Notes: a model not told the origin generated them from the sequence alone. A DNA stretch of 62,896 bases, filler included, from Octopus bimaculoides (GCF_001194135.2; 6 parts of 5 records of this genome joined end to end with filler, not necessarily neighbours in it), one strand, 5' to 3'. Shown: positions 48,703 through 61,854, counted from the whole stretch's first letter. Program-made: numbers and translations.

Positions 48703-49178
48703 TACTCTTATACTCCTTTACTTGTTTCAGTCATTTGACTGCGGCCATGCTGGGACACCGCCTTTAGTCGAGCAAATCGACCCCAGGACTTATTCTTTGG
48801 GAGCCTAGTACTTCTATCAGTCTCCTTTGCCGAACCACTAAGTTACAGGGACGTAAACACACCAGCATCGGTTGTCAAGCGATGTTGGGGGGACAAACAC
48901 AGACACACAAACATACACACACACATACATATATATATATACACATATATACGACGGGCTTCTTTCAGTTTCCGTCTACCAAATCCACTCACAGGNNNNN
49001 NNNNNACATATATACGACGGGCTTCTTTCAGTTTCCGTCTACCAAATCCACTCACAGGGCTTTGGTCGGCCCGAGGCTATAGTAGAAGACACTTGCCCAA
49101 GGTGCCACGCAGTGGGACTGAACCCGGAACCATGTGGTTGGTAAGCAAGCTACTTACCACACAGTCACTCCCGCGCCT
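48703..49178 (-). mobile_element. SINE family A, full length (contains an assembly duplication across a 10-N gap)
   Basis: Reverse complement of the full family A consensus. Confidence 0.92.
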
Positions 49179-49314
49179 ATATTCATCTTCAATCTAGAAA
49201 ATTGTGGAGCCAGAAAATATTGGTAGGACTGCTATAGAAACAATTTTTCTCTGGCACATTTCATGCAGTCAATTCAAATAGATAGATAATGTGTGTGTGT
49301 GAGAGAGAGAGAGA

Positions 49315-49480
49315 CAGGGAGAGAGAATTAAAGAGGGAGAGAGAATGAAAAAGAGAGAGAGAGAATGAAAGAGAGGGAGAGAGAATGAAAGGGAGAGAGA
49401 GAATGAAAGAGAGGGAGAATGAAAGAGAGGGAGAGAGAATGAAAGAGAGAGAGAGAGAATGAAAGAGAGAGATAGAGAAG
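49315..49480 (+). repeat. Purine-rich minisatellite, ~14-bp unit GAGAGAGAATGAAA
   Basis: About nine imperfect units read directly. Confidence 0.9.
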
Positions 49481-50551
49481 GACAGACAGACAGAGATCAA
49501 CTACAGACATCTAATGGTAATTTTTATAGTGGCAGTTCGGATAAAAGGCAACGTTGTCCTCGGCAGGTTTTGAACCTTGATAGCTGGTACAAGAACACCA
49601 ATACATTATATATATATCGCCATCTGACGACACCACTGATTCTCCTCCTTTTATCCAATGAATAATTTCGAGTCGCTTCATTCCAGTATTCGAGATCAAG
49701 AGTGCAGCTCATTTTGCTTGCTTTAGTATCATTTTGTAAATGTTATCCAGATGCTAGCGTCTGAATCATATTAGTGACATTGATAACCATAATTTCATGC
49801 TATTTAAGTACTACAGGATTTCGTACATACCGCATATTCACACACACAAACAAACACACACACAAACAAACTCACACACATGCGCGCATAGACACAAAGC
49901 GGTAAACATAAATATAATAAAATTCTTTATTATATATATCGGGTTTCTTATTTGCATCAGTGGCATGTACTCCATTCTTTATCTTCATACAGAAAAAGCA
50001 CTATGTGTATGTGCGTGTATGTGGATGCGCGTGTGTCCTTGTGTAAGTATATATATATATATATATNNNNNNNNNNNNNNNNNNNNNNNNNNNNNNNNNN
50101 NNNNNNNNNNNNNNNNNNNNNNNNNNNNNNNNNNNNNNNNNNNNNNNNNNNNNNNNNNNNNNNNNNNNNNNNNNNNNNNNNNNNNNNNNNNNNNNNNNNN
50201 NNNNNNNNNNNNNNNNNNNNNNNNNNNNNNNNNNNNNNNNNNNNNNNNNNNNNNNNNNNNNNNNNNNNNNNNNNNNNNNNNNNNNNNNNNNNNNNNNNNN
50301 NNNNNNNNNNNNNNNNNNNNNNNNNNNNNNNNNNNNNNNNNNNNNNNNNNNNNNNNNNNNNNNNNNNNNNNNNNNNNNNNNNNNNNNNNNNNNNNNNNNN
50401 NNNNNNNNNNNNNNNNNNNNNNNNNNNNNNNNNNNNNNNNNNNNNNNNNNNNNNNNNNNNNNNNNNNNNNNNNNNNNNNNNNNNNNNNNNNNNNNNNNNN
50501 NNNNNNNNNNNNNNNNNNNNNNNNNNNNNNNNNNNNNNNNNNNNNNNNNNN

Positions 50552-50596
<45 letters not shown>

Positions 50597-50616
50597 GTGT
50601 GTGTGTGTGTGTTTGT

Positions 50617-50820
50617 GTGTCTGTGTTTGTCCCCCCACCATCACTTGACAACCGATGTCGGTGTGTTTTCGTCCACGTAACTAAGCGGTTCAGCAAAAAA
50701 AGAGACCGATAGAATAAGTACTAGGCTTACAAAGAATAAGTTCTGGGGTCGATTTTCTCGACTAAAGGCGATGCTCCAGCATGACCGCAGTCAAATGACT
50801 GAAACAAGTAAAAGAGTAAA
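50617..50820 (+). mobile_element. SINE family A 3' half (5' part probably in the preceding gap)
   Basis: GTCCCCCCACCATCACTTGACAACCGATG...CTCCAGCATGACCGCAGTCAAATGACTGAAACAAGTAAAAGAGTAAA. Confidence 0.9.
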
Positions 50821-50884
50821 ATATATATATATATATATATATATAAGCGATTTATTCCTCGTTAGGGCATATGACTGGTTTAAA

Positions 50885-51010
50885 AGCTACCTTCGGTTTG
50901 CGCCGATTATTGCATCTAACCATAATCGCCCACTCTTCAGACATACACTGCCTGAAGAGTGATCAGTTGTGCTTCGGTGCAATGTTCAGCATGAATCCTC
51001 CGGTAGAATT
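50885..51010. ncRNA. Back-to-back pair of defective type I hammerhead-ribozyme-like motifs
   Basis: Each strand has CUGAAGA, a pairing stem II, a GAAA-like core, an (A/U)CC-NNN-GGU stem III and a GUA triplet. The minus copy lacks G12; the plus copy has A15.1>U; stems I are weak. Confidence 0.45.
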
Positions 51011-51139
51011 CTGAAAAATAATGTGATGGCCAGTAATATATTGTTCGACTATATAAGTGTATATAAAGACTCTGTTACTTACATTCAGGTTATTTTTTTT
51101 TTCATACTTATAAATATATGATATTTGTTTATTTTCTTT

Positions 51140-51310
51140 TACACTAGACTACGGTCATACTGGAGCACGGCCTTGAAGAATTTTTAGTCCAATAAATGTC
51201 TACGGTAATTTTTTTAAAAAGTTTGGTTTTTATTCCCTTGTTCACTTTGGCGGAACTGCTGTGTTACGGATAATTAAAGATTCGAAGACAATTTGTCAGA
51301 CACAGATACA
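51140..51310 (-). mobile_element. Old SINE family A-related 3' fragment
   Basis: CGGTCATACTGGAGCACGGCCTTGAAGAATTTTTAGTC...GGCGGAACTGCTGTGTTACGG is a degenerate match to the family A 3' domain. Confidence 0.5.
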
Positions 51311-51569
51311 AAGATAAAGACACACACTCAAACAAACACATGCACGCACGCATTTATATATAAATATAAGAAAGAGAGATGATAAAGGAATAAATGATAA
51401 TCTTAATCCGTTATTCCTTTGTCATCTCTCTTCTTACCGATCAACACTCAGTCAACATACTTCGTTCTCAAAAATACATATATCAAATTCTACACCGCAG
51501 GTTCTTCGTCTCACAATGCTTAAGTAAAGTATTTATGTATGTATTTATGTATGTATGTATGTATGTATG

Positions 51570-51603
<34 letters not shown>

Positions 51604-52108
51604 TGTATGTATGTGTGTGTGTGTATGTATGTATATATAAATGAATAGAAAATGGAGATATACAATTGTTAACACAAATTTTTTTAAAGTTTAACTTAAT
51701 ATTATATTATATACTTATAATAATATAATATAATATAATAAATAATTAAAACATATTACATAGAATTGTTTCGATTCTTACCTATAATAAAATTATAAAA
51801 ATCCATTATCTGTGGGTAAGAATCTCTTTGGTCTAACTCAGGATATATATATATACATATGTGAGTGCGTGTATGTGTATGGATGAATGGATAGATGGTT
51901 GTATAAATGTATATAAATATTTATATACATATATATGTACGTATATACATACACATACAGTCACGCACACACACACACACTCACAGATATATATATATAT
52001 ATATATANNNNNNNNNNNNNNNNNNNNNNNNNNNNNNNNNNNNNNNNNNNNTTAATTAATTAANNNNNNNNNNNNNNNNNNNNNNNNNNNNNNNNNNNNN
52101 NNNNNNNC

Positions 52109-52153
<45 letters not shown>

Positions 52154-53519
52154 CACATATATATATACACATATATATATATACACATATATATATATAT
52201 ACACATATATATATATACACATATATATATATATACACACATACACATATATATTCGTAGGGAAAGATAGAAAGTGGGAGTAGATAGAAGGAGGAAAAGT
52301 AAAACAGAGAATCTTCGATGTTTATCTCAGCAGCAGAAGCAGCAGCAGAAGCAGCAGCAGCAGTAGTGTTATTTCGTCAAAGCAACAACAACAAAATCTA
52401 TAAGACTAACAATAAGGAAATCTCGAAAGTTCTTTTTGCCTATTCGATGCCAAACAGTATAGCCTTCTGATTAAATAACACACGCACACACAGACACACT
52501 GTGAGTGTGTGTGTGGCACACGTTTTGGTAGAGTCTCTCTTTATCATATTATTTGAAAAATAAAGAAAAAAGCTGTTGGCCATCGCAAGGCTACAGAAAA
52601 AGACATTTGCGTTAAAATGCCAACGTGAAGTAGAATCGAACACGGAACAAACTATTGAAGTGAGCTTCTTGACCACGCAGCTAAATCTGCGCTATATGCT
52701 TTTAATGCATTACACAATATCTGGCACATGTTTCGAACTTGTACGTGATTTAAAAATAAAAGCAGTAATTACTGTTTCAATGTATAGGACTTTGTTTAAC
52801 ACCACGACATCACTTTTCGATGCTTCTACTAGGATCCATTCTTCTGCGAGTATTCAATTCAGACTTGTATCTCTTTATCTTTCTGTCTGTCTGTCCATGT
52901 GTGCGTGTGTATATACTTTATATGCTTTTATATCAAGCAATACATAAGAACAATTTGACCGTAAACTGACGGAGTATTCGGTACTTTTTCATAGAATACA
53001 TGTTTATTCGTTTTATTAATTTGCTGGGCACATATTTCTATCGGTGACATGAATCATTTCTTAAACAGCAGCGACACTTTGAAAAGCGACGAGTGTTAAG
53101 CAAACTTGCTGAGCTGGACGGTCTTTTCTTGGCCTTCTGCTTTGGAAATGAAAGACAGTGTCCGTTTTCGTAAATACTTCCCGACTGATGTTCAGGTTGT
53201 CTCTTCGATTTTTTGCTGGTTTCAATCCTTCAGATTGCAGCCAATCTGAAACATTGCATTGATGAGTTTTGAGCGAATGAATCACCCCCACCCCCCTCCA
53301 ACACGGAACTTAATTTTGTAAGCCTGGTAACTATGATATCGGTCTCATTGCTGACCTGCTAAACTGTGGGGATGAAAACAAACCAGCATCGTTTGTTCGG
53401 GATACCTATGATCAGCAGAACTCCATCTTGGCTTAATTTTTATAAAAAAATTGTTCAATGATACTTTCCATTTTTGAAGACGGCAGATTGATAGTGTAAT
53501 TTGTGGGAGATGTTGCTGT

Positions 53520-53695
53520 TACTTTTAGCAAACCCATTGAACGTAGGAAGATTTTCAAATTCTGCCGAGGTTGATTCACCTTTCATCCCACCGGGAACGA
53601 TAAAATAAGTACCAGTTGCATATTGGGGTCGGGGTAATCGAGTCATCCCCCTCCCTCCAAATTATTGGCCTTGTGCCAAAATTTGAAACCAATAT
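53520..53695 (+). mobile_element. SINE family B (diverged head)
   Basis: TTCAAATTCTGCCGAGGTTGATTCACCTTTCATCCC...AAAATAAGTACCAGTTG...GGCCTTGTGCCAAAATTTGAAACC. Confidence 0.85.
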
Positions 53696-54109
53696 TCGTA
53701 GGAAGATTGTGGAAAAGAGTTATTCCAGTGTGTGGGAAATCTAGAAAAGAAAGACACGGTGAAGTGTTTCATATAGCATTTTGGATGTAACGACGGTAGT
53801 GAAAAGATATGGAATGAGTGGAGTGCGCCTGAGCGGAAAGGGTATATAGTTAGCTATTTCACAAATCTGTTGTTTAATCTATAGGCACAACACAAACAAT
53901 TTTCAATTAGTGAAATCGCAACACATCTAATGTGTCAGGATTTCAGTAAACTCAGAGAATCAACAGATAAAGGGTCGATATAATTAACTCTTTTACTTAA
54001 TCAGTAACCTCATAATTATCCCTTGTGTCAAATTAAGTGTCTTATAATATAGAGAAGCATGCCCCGAGACGTTGCAGTTGATATCAAAATTTATGACGAT
54101 GCAACTTTA

Positions 54110-54560
54110 CATACCCCCACCACAATCACCACTTTTCATCCCTGTCACTGGGGTGGGGATAGTAGTGGTGGTGGTGGTTGTTGGTGATGGTAATGCTAGT
54201 GGTGGTGTTGGTGGTAGTGTTGGTAGGGATGTTGAAGCCGATAGGGGTGAGGAATGGCGTTGGTGTTGTTGTTTGTGGCAATGGTTGTGAGTACAAGCTA
54301 TCTATGACCACCACTCTAAACTCTGGTCTTAGTCATCCCTACATTGTGATTTGGTGTTACAAAGTAACCAATATAATCACCGACAGTGGCAGCAATGAAT
54401 AATTGACGAGTGTTTCGGTGAAGTACGGTGACAGAGGTGACTAAATTTTTATGACTCAATAACAATAATGATAATGATGATGATGATAATAATAATATTA
54501 CCATCATTTTAGCGTTGTCGTTTTTAATCATTATCATCATCATCATCATTATGGCAATAT
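54110..54560. repeat. Degenerate (GGT)n, (GAT)n and (CAT)n low-complexity tracts
   Basis: Read directly from the sequence. Confidence 0.85.
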
Positions 54561-54707
54561 TGATAATGTCGATGTCGATTAGGTTTTCCGTCCGCCAAAC
54601 TCAATTATGACGCGGGAAATTGGTTTTCAACGTCCTTTATGTGAATAAAGCCACATGCATACATACATGCATGCACACATATGTATACACATACATACAT
54701 ATGCATA

Positions 54708-54765
<58 letters not shown>

Positions 54766-54952
54766 TATATCTATATATATATATATATATATGCTTGTGC
54801 TTGCGTGTCTATGTGCATGTGACAAATGATGAGATAGCGGAAAGAAAGAAACACAGGTACACAACAGATCTTTCTAGCTTTCTAACTTCAACGGTCACCA
54901 AATGAATATATATATATATGTGTGCTTGTGTGTATATATATAAATATATATA

Positions 54953-55021
<69 letters not shown>

Positions 55022-55820
55022 ATGTACATATATATATATGTATATATATGCATATATATATGAATATGTATGTATATGGATATGAATTATACATACGTGT
55101 GTGTGTGTACATTTCCATGAGCATATAAAAGCATAAAATAATCAGACATATATTCCATTTTACAGGCACTCATACACTTTAATGTTTCCATGCATGTGAA
55201 TATATATGTGCGTGTGTATGTGTGTGTGTATGTGTGTGTTGGTTTGTGTGCGTATATGTACTCTATGTGCATGTATATATTTATGCGCTAAGTGCAAGCA
55301 ATTAAAAGATCCCATTTCTCACAACAGTTTTACATATTTACATTCACGAAGACATTTGTCTATTATACACGCACAAATATGTACATGTATACGTACAATC
55401 AAACACAACTACACATGCACATATACACAAATTACAATAATAAGAAGAAATAAAAGAACAGGGATATTAGATAAATTACAAATACAGCAAGAAAAAAAAA
55501 AGAACAAAGACGGCAGCAAACAACGAGGCATAAAAGTAAAAATCCGCCATATTTGACCCCAGGGACTGGGTGTTTGAAATTGCTGGGACCAAAATGATTG
55601 CATGCAGATGAGCGGAAAATAAAATAAATGACATTGTATATTTATGGAGACATTAGCAAACATATGTGCAATATATACATGCATGTATATACATACATAC
55701 GCGCATATATATGTATATATATATATACACATTTTTTTATACATACATATATGCTTATATATATATATTGATATATATTTATTTATATGTACTTATATAT
55801 TTACATACATATATATATAT

Positions 55821-55865
<45 letters not shown>

Positions 55866-56047
55866 NNNNNNNNNNNNNNNNNNNNNNNNNNNNNNNNNNN
55901 NNNNNNNNNNNNNNNNNNNNNNNNNNNNNNNNNNNNNNNNNNNNNNNNNNNNNNNNNNNNNNNNNNNNNNNNNNNNNNNNNNNNNNNNNNNNNNNNNNNN
56001 NNNNNNNNNNNNNNNNNNNNNNNNNNNNNNNNNNNNNNNNNNNNNNN

Positions 56048-56101
<54 letters not shown>

Positions 56102-56344
56102 TATATGTAAATGGAACCCCTTCAATAGTTATCAGAGTTGCGTTCTTTTCGTCTGTTCGTTTGTACGCATGTGTGTGTGTAAGTGGGCATGTGTATACAC
56201 ATATGTATGTATGTATGTATGCATTTATGTATGTATTTGTGTACGCATATATATATATATATATATATATGTATGCGTTTGTGTACGTTTGTATTTATGT
56301 ATGTATGTATTCTGCATATTTATGTGTGTTCATGTTTGAGTGTT

Positions 56345-56380
<36 letters not shown>

Positions 56381-56449
56381 TATGTGTGTGTTTGAGTACT
56401 GAGAAAAAAAGGTCGTCAAAATTTGGGAAAAAAATATTTTTATTTCTTC

Positions 56450-56784
56450 ATTATTATTATTATTTTATGTTTGACTTTTGTTTTGCATTTGTACAAGTTG
56501 GATCCAAGTCTCACCCAGAGATCTCAAGAGACAACAAGTTAGAAGTTCATGTAGGTGTTATGCCTAGGGTACCATATATTTGGATTTGTACAGTTTTGTT
56601 CAAGTGAATGTTTAAGAAACCATAAGAAAATTATGTGTTTGCTTTAAAATTTGAGATCACATAGACAGTATTTTACGTAGGATATGGGCAGTTCCCATGA
56701 GCACTATCTTTTGAACTTCAGCCATTTTAGGGTTTCCTGGTATCTGAGCTAGGTAGTAATCAGCCCGTTTCGCTGTCATTCCCA
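56450..56784 (-). mobile_element. R4/Dong-clade element 3' end (second subfamily) with (AAT)n tail
   Basis: Minus strand GMTAKRADYYLAQIPGNPKMAEVQKIVLMGTAHILRKILSM*, then a 3' UTR ending ...AAAGTCAAACATAAAATAATAATAAT. Confidence 0.88.
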
Positions 56785-56884
56785 NNNNNNNNNNNNNNNN
56801 NNNNNNNNNNNNNNNNNNNNNNNNNNNNTTAATTAATTAANNNNNNNNNNNNNNNNNNNNNNNNNNNNNNNNNNNNNNNNNNNN

Positions 56885-57275
56885 TATATTCTTTTATTTC
56901 TTTTCCTTGTTTCAGTCATGTAACTGTGGCTATACTGGAGCACCACCTTTTAGTCAAACAAATTGACCCCAGTCCTTATTCTTCGTAAGCCTAGTAGTTA
57001 TTCTGTTGGTCTCTATTGCTGAACTCCTAAGTTATGGGGATGTAAACACAGCAACATCAGTTGTCAAGCAATGGTGGGGGGACAAACATAGACATACAAA
57101 TAATACATGCATATATATATATGATGGGCTTCTTTCAGCTTCCGTCTACGAAATCCACTCACAAGGCTTTGATCAGCCTGAGTCTATAGTAGAAGACACT
57201 TGCTCAAGGTACCATATAGTGGAACTGAACCTGGAACTATGTGGTTGAGAAGCAAGCTTCTTGCCACACAGCCAT
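56885..57275 (-). mobile_element. SINE family A (diverged, near full length)
   Basis: Reverse complement of family A from the tail to the head. Confidence 0.88.
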
Positions 57276-57277
57276 TC

Positions 57278-57352
57278 AGAACTTATGAAAGCAAGACATT
57301 TGTATTACAGAGCCAGAGGTGGTTTCAGCCGGGTTGGTATCGAAAGGGTTAA
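57278..57352 (-). mobile_element. piggyBac-like terminus
   Basis: ...CAGCCGGGTTGGTATCGAAAGGG|TTAA has a CCC-type end abutting TTAA; no partner end found. Confidence 0.5.
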
Positions 57353-58206
57353 CAATATATAAGGAGCGTAATGTTCATGTCTTCTCCAAGTGTACTGTAA
57401 GCAGAATGCCTTCAGCCAAGAGTTGAATATGTAACAGTCTCAAATTCCTGCAGTCTACAGATGTATAGAGTGAAAAATGAGACTGTGAGACCATCATGCC
57501 TCTCTTAACACACAACAGCAGCATAAGTCAAGCAAATTTATCGAAATGGATGAAAATTTCGTACGTACATAAATACATGAGACATCAAACAAAATTTTTG
57601 TTTGTTTAGTTGTTTTTTCTGTTGTTGTTTTTGTTGAGGTTTTTTCGTCTCTAAAATATTCTTAAAATTCTCCCAAGACATTCTGAAAACACAGCTTCAT
57701 TAGAAATATCAGCCAAAGCCTGTAACTGAAGCAAAACAAAACACAACATGCAGAAATAAAAGTATAACAGACATGAAAGTATTGAAGAAGAACAGATAAA
57801 GTGATACAATATGAAAGAAAAGCAGCAAGAGGGAATTATGTATCAAGGCTAGAAAGGAAAGCTTCATAACAAGTTTATCAAGCTTGGAGGCATGCGAAAA
57901 TATACAAGAGATTTTCAAATGTCATACAATGAGAAGTAGTGTGTGGTGTTTTTAATTGCTAAGAAATGTATCAGAGCAAAAGCTGATGTCATATGGAGAA
58001 AGTCTGTTTTAATGATACAGATGGCAGAGAAAAAGAAAAAGAAAGAAAAACTGAGCTGAATTCTTGTTGTTAGAAGACATTCAATGGCAACTTGTAACGT
58101 GGCTAGAAAAAAATATTTAGCTATCAATTTGTCTAGCTAGCTACCTTGTTAAACAGCCATCTGATTATCTATCTATCTTTCTATATCTATCTGTCTTTCT
58201 CTCTAT

Positions 58207-58265
<59 letters not shown>

Positions 58266-59392
58266 CCTATTTATGCATCTATCTATCTATTTATCTTTAT
58301 ACATATATATATATATACTTGGAAATGGATGTGTGGTGTTCGATCATATAATAATATAAATAATATATATATATATGCATATATATACACATATATGTAC
58401 ATACCTACATATATATGTATATATACATGTATATATGGGTACAGGACATCAAAAAAATGTGAACAAAATGAGAAATGAGAACATAAAAAACAAAAACATG
58501 GAAAAAGAACTTTTTTTCGAACGAGAGAAACATAGAAACGAGACATGCAACATAAAGAACATTCCCTTCATCAGTTGTCCCCTGTTTCATCTACTTCACA
58601 TTTTGAAGGTAGGGACAAGACGTGACTTTGTTAAAACAGTCCTTCCTGAAAAGCAATTTAAGTAAAATTTGGGATTTTTTGCGGGATTTGGTAGATGGAA
58701 ACTAAAAGAAGTCTGTTGTATATACATATATANNNNNNNNNNNNNNNNNNNNNNNNNNNNNNNNNNNNNNNNNNNNNNNNNNNNNNNNNNNNNNNNNNNN
58801 NNNNNNNNNNNNNNNNNNNNNNNNNNNNNNNNNNNNNNNNNNNNNNNNNNNNNNNNNNNNNNNNNNNNNNNNNNNNNNNNNNNNNNNNNNNNNNNNNNNN
58901 NNNNNNNNNNNNNNNNNNNNNNNNNNNNNNNNNNNNNNNNNNNNNNNNNNNNNNNNNNNNNNNNNNNNNNNNNNNNNNNNNNNNNNNNNNNNNNNNNNNN
59001 NNNNNNNNNNNNNNNNNNNNNNNNNNNNNNNNNNNNNNNNNNNNNNNNNNNNNNNNNNNNNNNNNNNNNNNNNNNNNNNNNNNNNNNNNNNNNNNNNNNN
59101 NNNNNNNNNNNNNNNNNNNNNNNNNNNNNNNNNNNNNNNNNNNNNNNNNNNNNNNNNNNNNNNNNNNNNNNNNNNNNNNNNNNNNNNNNNNNNNNNNNNN
59201 NNNNNNNNNNNNNNNNNNNNNNNNNNNNNNNNNNNNNNNNNNNNNNNNNNNNNNNNNNNNNNNNNNNNNNNNNNNNNNNNNNNNNNNNNNNNNNNNNNNN
59301 NNNNNNNNNNNNNNNNNNNNNNNNNNNNNNNNNNNNNNNNNNNNNNNNNNNNNNNNNNNNNNNNNNNNNNNNNNNNNNNNNNNNNNNNNNNN

Positions 59393-60150
59393 ATCATCAT
59401 CGTCGTCGTCGTTTAATATCTATTTTCCATACTGGCATGGGTTTGATGGTTTGACAGGAGTTGGAGTAGGTAGGGGAGCTCTGAAAGGGCTCTCAGGGAG
59501 TAGCATCCCTACCTTCCTGAGCTAGTTTTCCACCACATTTCTCAAAAATCGTGGTAGAGGCCTTGGTCTTGGGACCACTCATGTCTAGAAACTGAGGTTG
59601 AGAGTAAGCAAGGGCATGCTCCCCATAGAAAATCCAGCTCCAAAAAAGCCTCATGATAGCAAAGGAGAATGGGTACCAGCCAGCCCAAAGGTTGGGGCAG
59701 GATGCACCTGCCTACCTCGGTTGCTATGCATTGAGGTAGATCAGGCCACCCCCATTAATGGGGACAAAACCTGGATTTAAAACACCAGATGATGATGATG
59801 GGCAAGCTCTGTCTGTTTTGGCATGGTTTCTATGGCTGGATGCCCTTCCTAACATCAACCCTTTTACAGAGTGTATGGGGTGCTTTTACACAGGACTGGC
59901 ATGGGTGCTTTTACGTGGCACCAACACCTATGAGCTCTCAAGATTAGGTATGCTCAGCTGAAGAGGGTTGCAGGGGACAAGCCTATATGCAAGGACAACC
60001 ACATCTTTACTTAACTTGGTGTGTCTTTTCAAGCACAGCAAACCGCCAGGAGTCTCAGTCCCCTGTCATTCCCTCTCTGACCCCCAACATCAGTTGACCC
60101 TTTCTCATCACTTTGTCCCATGTCTTCCTGGGTCTACCCCTTCAACATGT
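59393..60150 (-). mobile_element. RTE-clade LINE 3' end with (GAT)n tail, interrupted by a nested element
   Basis: Minus strand RGRPRKTWDKVMRKGQLMLGVREGMTGD*DSWRFAVLEK is the RTE RT C-terminus. The 3' UTR contains GTTAGGAAGGGCATCCAGCC, and the end reads TTAAACGACGACGACGATGATGAT. Confidence 0.85.
59470..59800 (+). mobile_element. ~330-bp RTE-type short retroposon nested antisense in the RTE 3' UTR
   Basis: Contains AAGGGCATGCTCCCC and ends GGATTTAAAACACCA(GAT)3. The host 3' UTR resumes after it. Confidence 0.55.
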
Positions 60151-60170
60151 TGCCTGTTTGTATATGTATA

Positions 60171-60330
60171 GGTGCAGGCATGGCTATGTGGTAAGAAGCT
60201 TGCATCCCAAACACATGGTTCCAGGTTCAGTTCCACTATATGGCACCTTGGGCAAGTGTCTTCTCCTATAGCCTCGGGCCAACCAAAGCCTTTTGAGTGG
60301 ATTTGGTAGATGGAAACTGAAAGAAGCCCG

Positions 60331-60374
<44 letters not shown>

Positions 60375-60550
60375 GTATATGTTTGTGCATCTGATGTTAG
60401 TGTGTTTACGTCCCTGCAAATTAACAGTTTGGCAAAAGAGAGCGATAGTACTAGGCTTACAAAGAATAAGTCCTGCAGTCAATTTATTTGGCTAAAGGCA
60501 GTGGTTCAGCATGGCCACAGTCAAATGACTAAAACAAATAAAAGGATAAA
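60171..60550 (+). mobile_element. SINE family A, near full length
   Basis: Head GGTGCAGGCATGGCTATGTGGTAAG, CORE-like CCTTGGGCAAGTGTCTTC, internal (TA)n and 3' domain. Confidence 0.92.
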
Positions 60551-60676
60551 TGGATATATATATATATATATATATANNNNNNNNNNNNNNNNNNNNNNNN
60601 NNNNNNNNNNNNNNNNNNNNTTAATTAATTAANNNNNNNNNNNNNNNNNNNNNNNNNNNNNNNNNNNNNNNNNNNN

Positions 60677-60713
<37 letters not shown>

Positions 60714-60923
60714 TGTGTCAGTAAGTTTGTGTGTGTATACACATGTAAACATAAAAATACGCATGCACATTTGTATATATAGATATATATGTGTGTGTGT
60801 GTGTGTGTATGTGTGTATGTATATAAGCATACGTATATAGATATATATATCTACAGATATTTGTACATGTATATATTCATATGTGCGTGAGTGTAAATGT
60901 ATGTATGTACACACATATATAGT

Positions 60924-60955
<32 letters not shown>

Positions 60956-61052
60956 TGTATGTGTGCGAAAGTGATTATGTGTGTGTTTGTCTGTCTGTAA
61001 TATGTATGTATGTACATCTGTATGTATGTATACATATATTTATATATGTATG

Positions 61053-61087
<35 letters not shown>

Positions 61088-61854
61088 NNNNNNNNNNNNN
61101 NNNNNNNNNNNNNNNNNNNNNNNNNNNNNNNNNNNNNNNNNNNNNNNNNNNNNNNNNNNNNNNNNNNNNNNNNNNNNNNNNNNNNNNNNNNNNNNNNNNN
61201 NNNNNNNNNNNNNNNNNNNNNNNNNNNNNNNNNNNNNNNNNNNNNNNNNNNNNNNNNNNNNNNNNNNNNNNNNNNNNNNNNNNNNNNNNNNNNNNNNNNN
61301 NNNNNNNNNNNNNNNNNNNNNNNNNNNNNNNNNNNNNNNNNNNNNNNNNNNNNNNNNNNNNNNNNNNNNNNNNNNNNNNNNNNNNNNNNNNNNNNNNNNN
61401 NNNNNNNNNNNNNNNNNNNNNNNNNNNNNNNNNNNNNNNNNNNNNNNNNNNNNNNNNNNNNNNNNNNNNNNNNNNNNNNNNNNNNNNNNNNNNNNNNNNN
61501 NNNNNNNNNNNNNNNNNNNNNNNNNNNNNNNNNNNNNNNNNNNNNNNNNNNNNNNNNNNNNNNNNNNNNNNNNNNNNNNNNNNNNNNNNNNNNNNNNNNN
61601 NNNNNNNNNNNNNNNNNNNNNNNNNNNNNNNNNNNNNNNNNNNNNNNNNNNNNNNNNNNNNNNNNNNNNNNNNNNNNNNNNNNNNNNNNNNNNNNNNNNN
61701 NNNNNNNNNNNNNNNNNNNNNNNNNNNNNNNNNNNNNNNNNNNNNNNNNNNNNNNNNNNNNNNNNNNNNNNNNNNNNNNNNNNNNNNNNNNNNNNNNNNN
61801 NNNNNNNNNNNNNNNNNNNNNNNNNNNNNNNNNNNNNNNNNNNNNNNNNNNNNN

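Noticed and set aside
48944-49057. Exact 52-bp tandem duplication inside a SINE
   Set aside because: The two copies flank a 10-N gap, which is typical of unmerged overlapping contig ends.
53061-53291. 76-aa minus-strand ORF (...DWLQSEGLKPAKNRRD...)
   Set aside because: No motif or family recognised, GTG start, and length within chance range.
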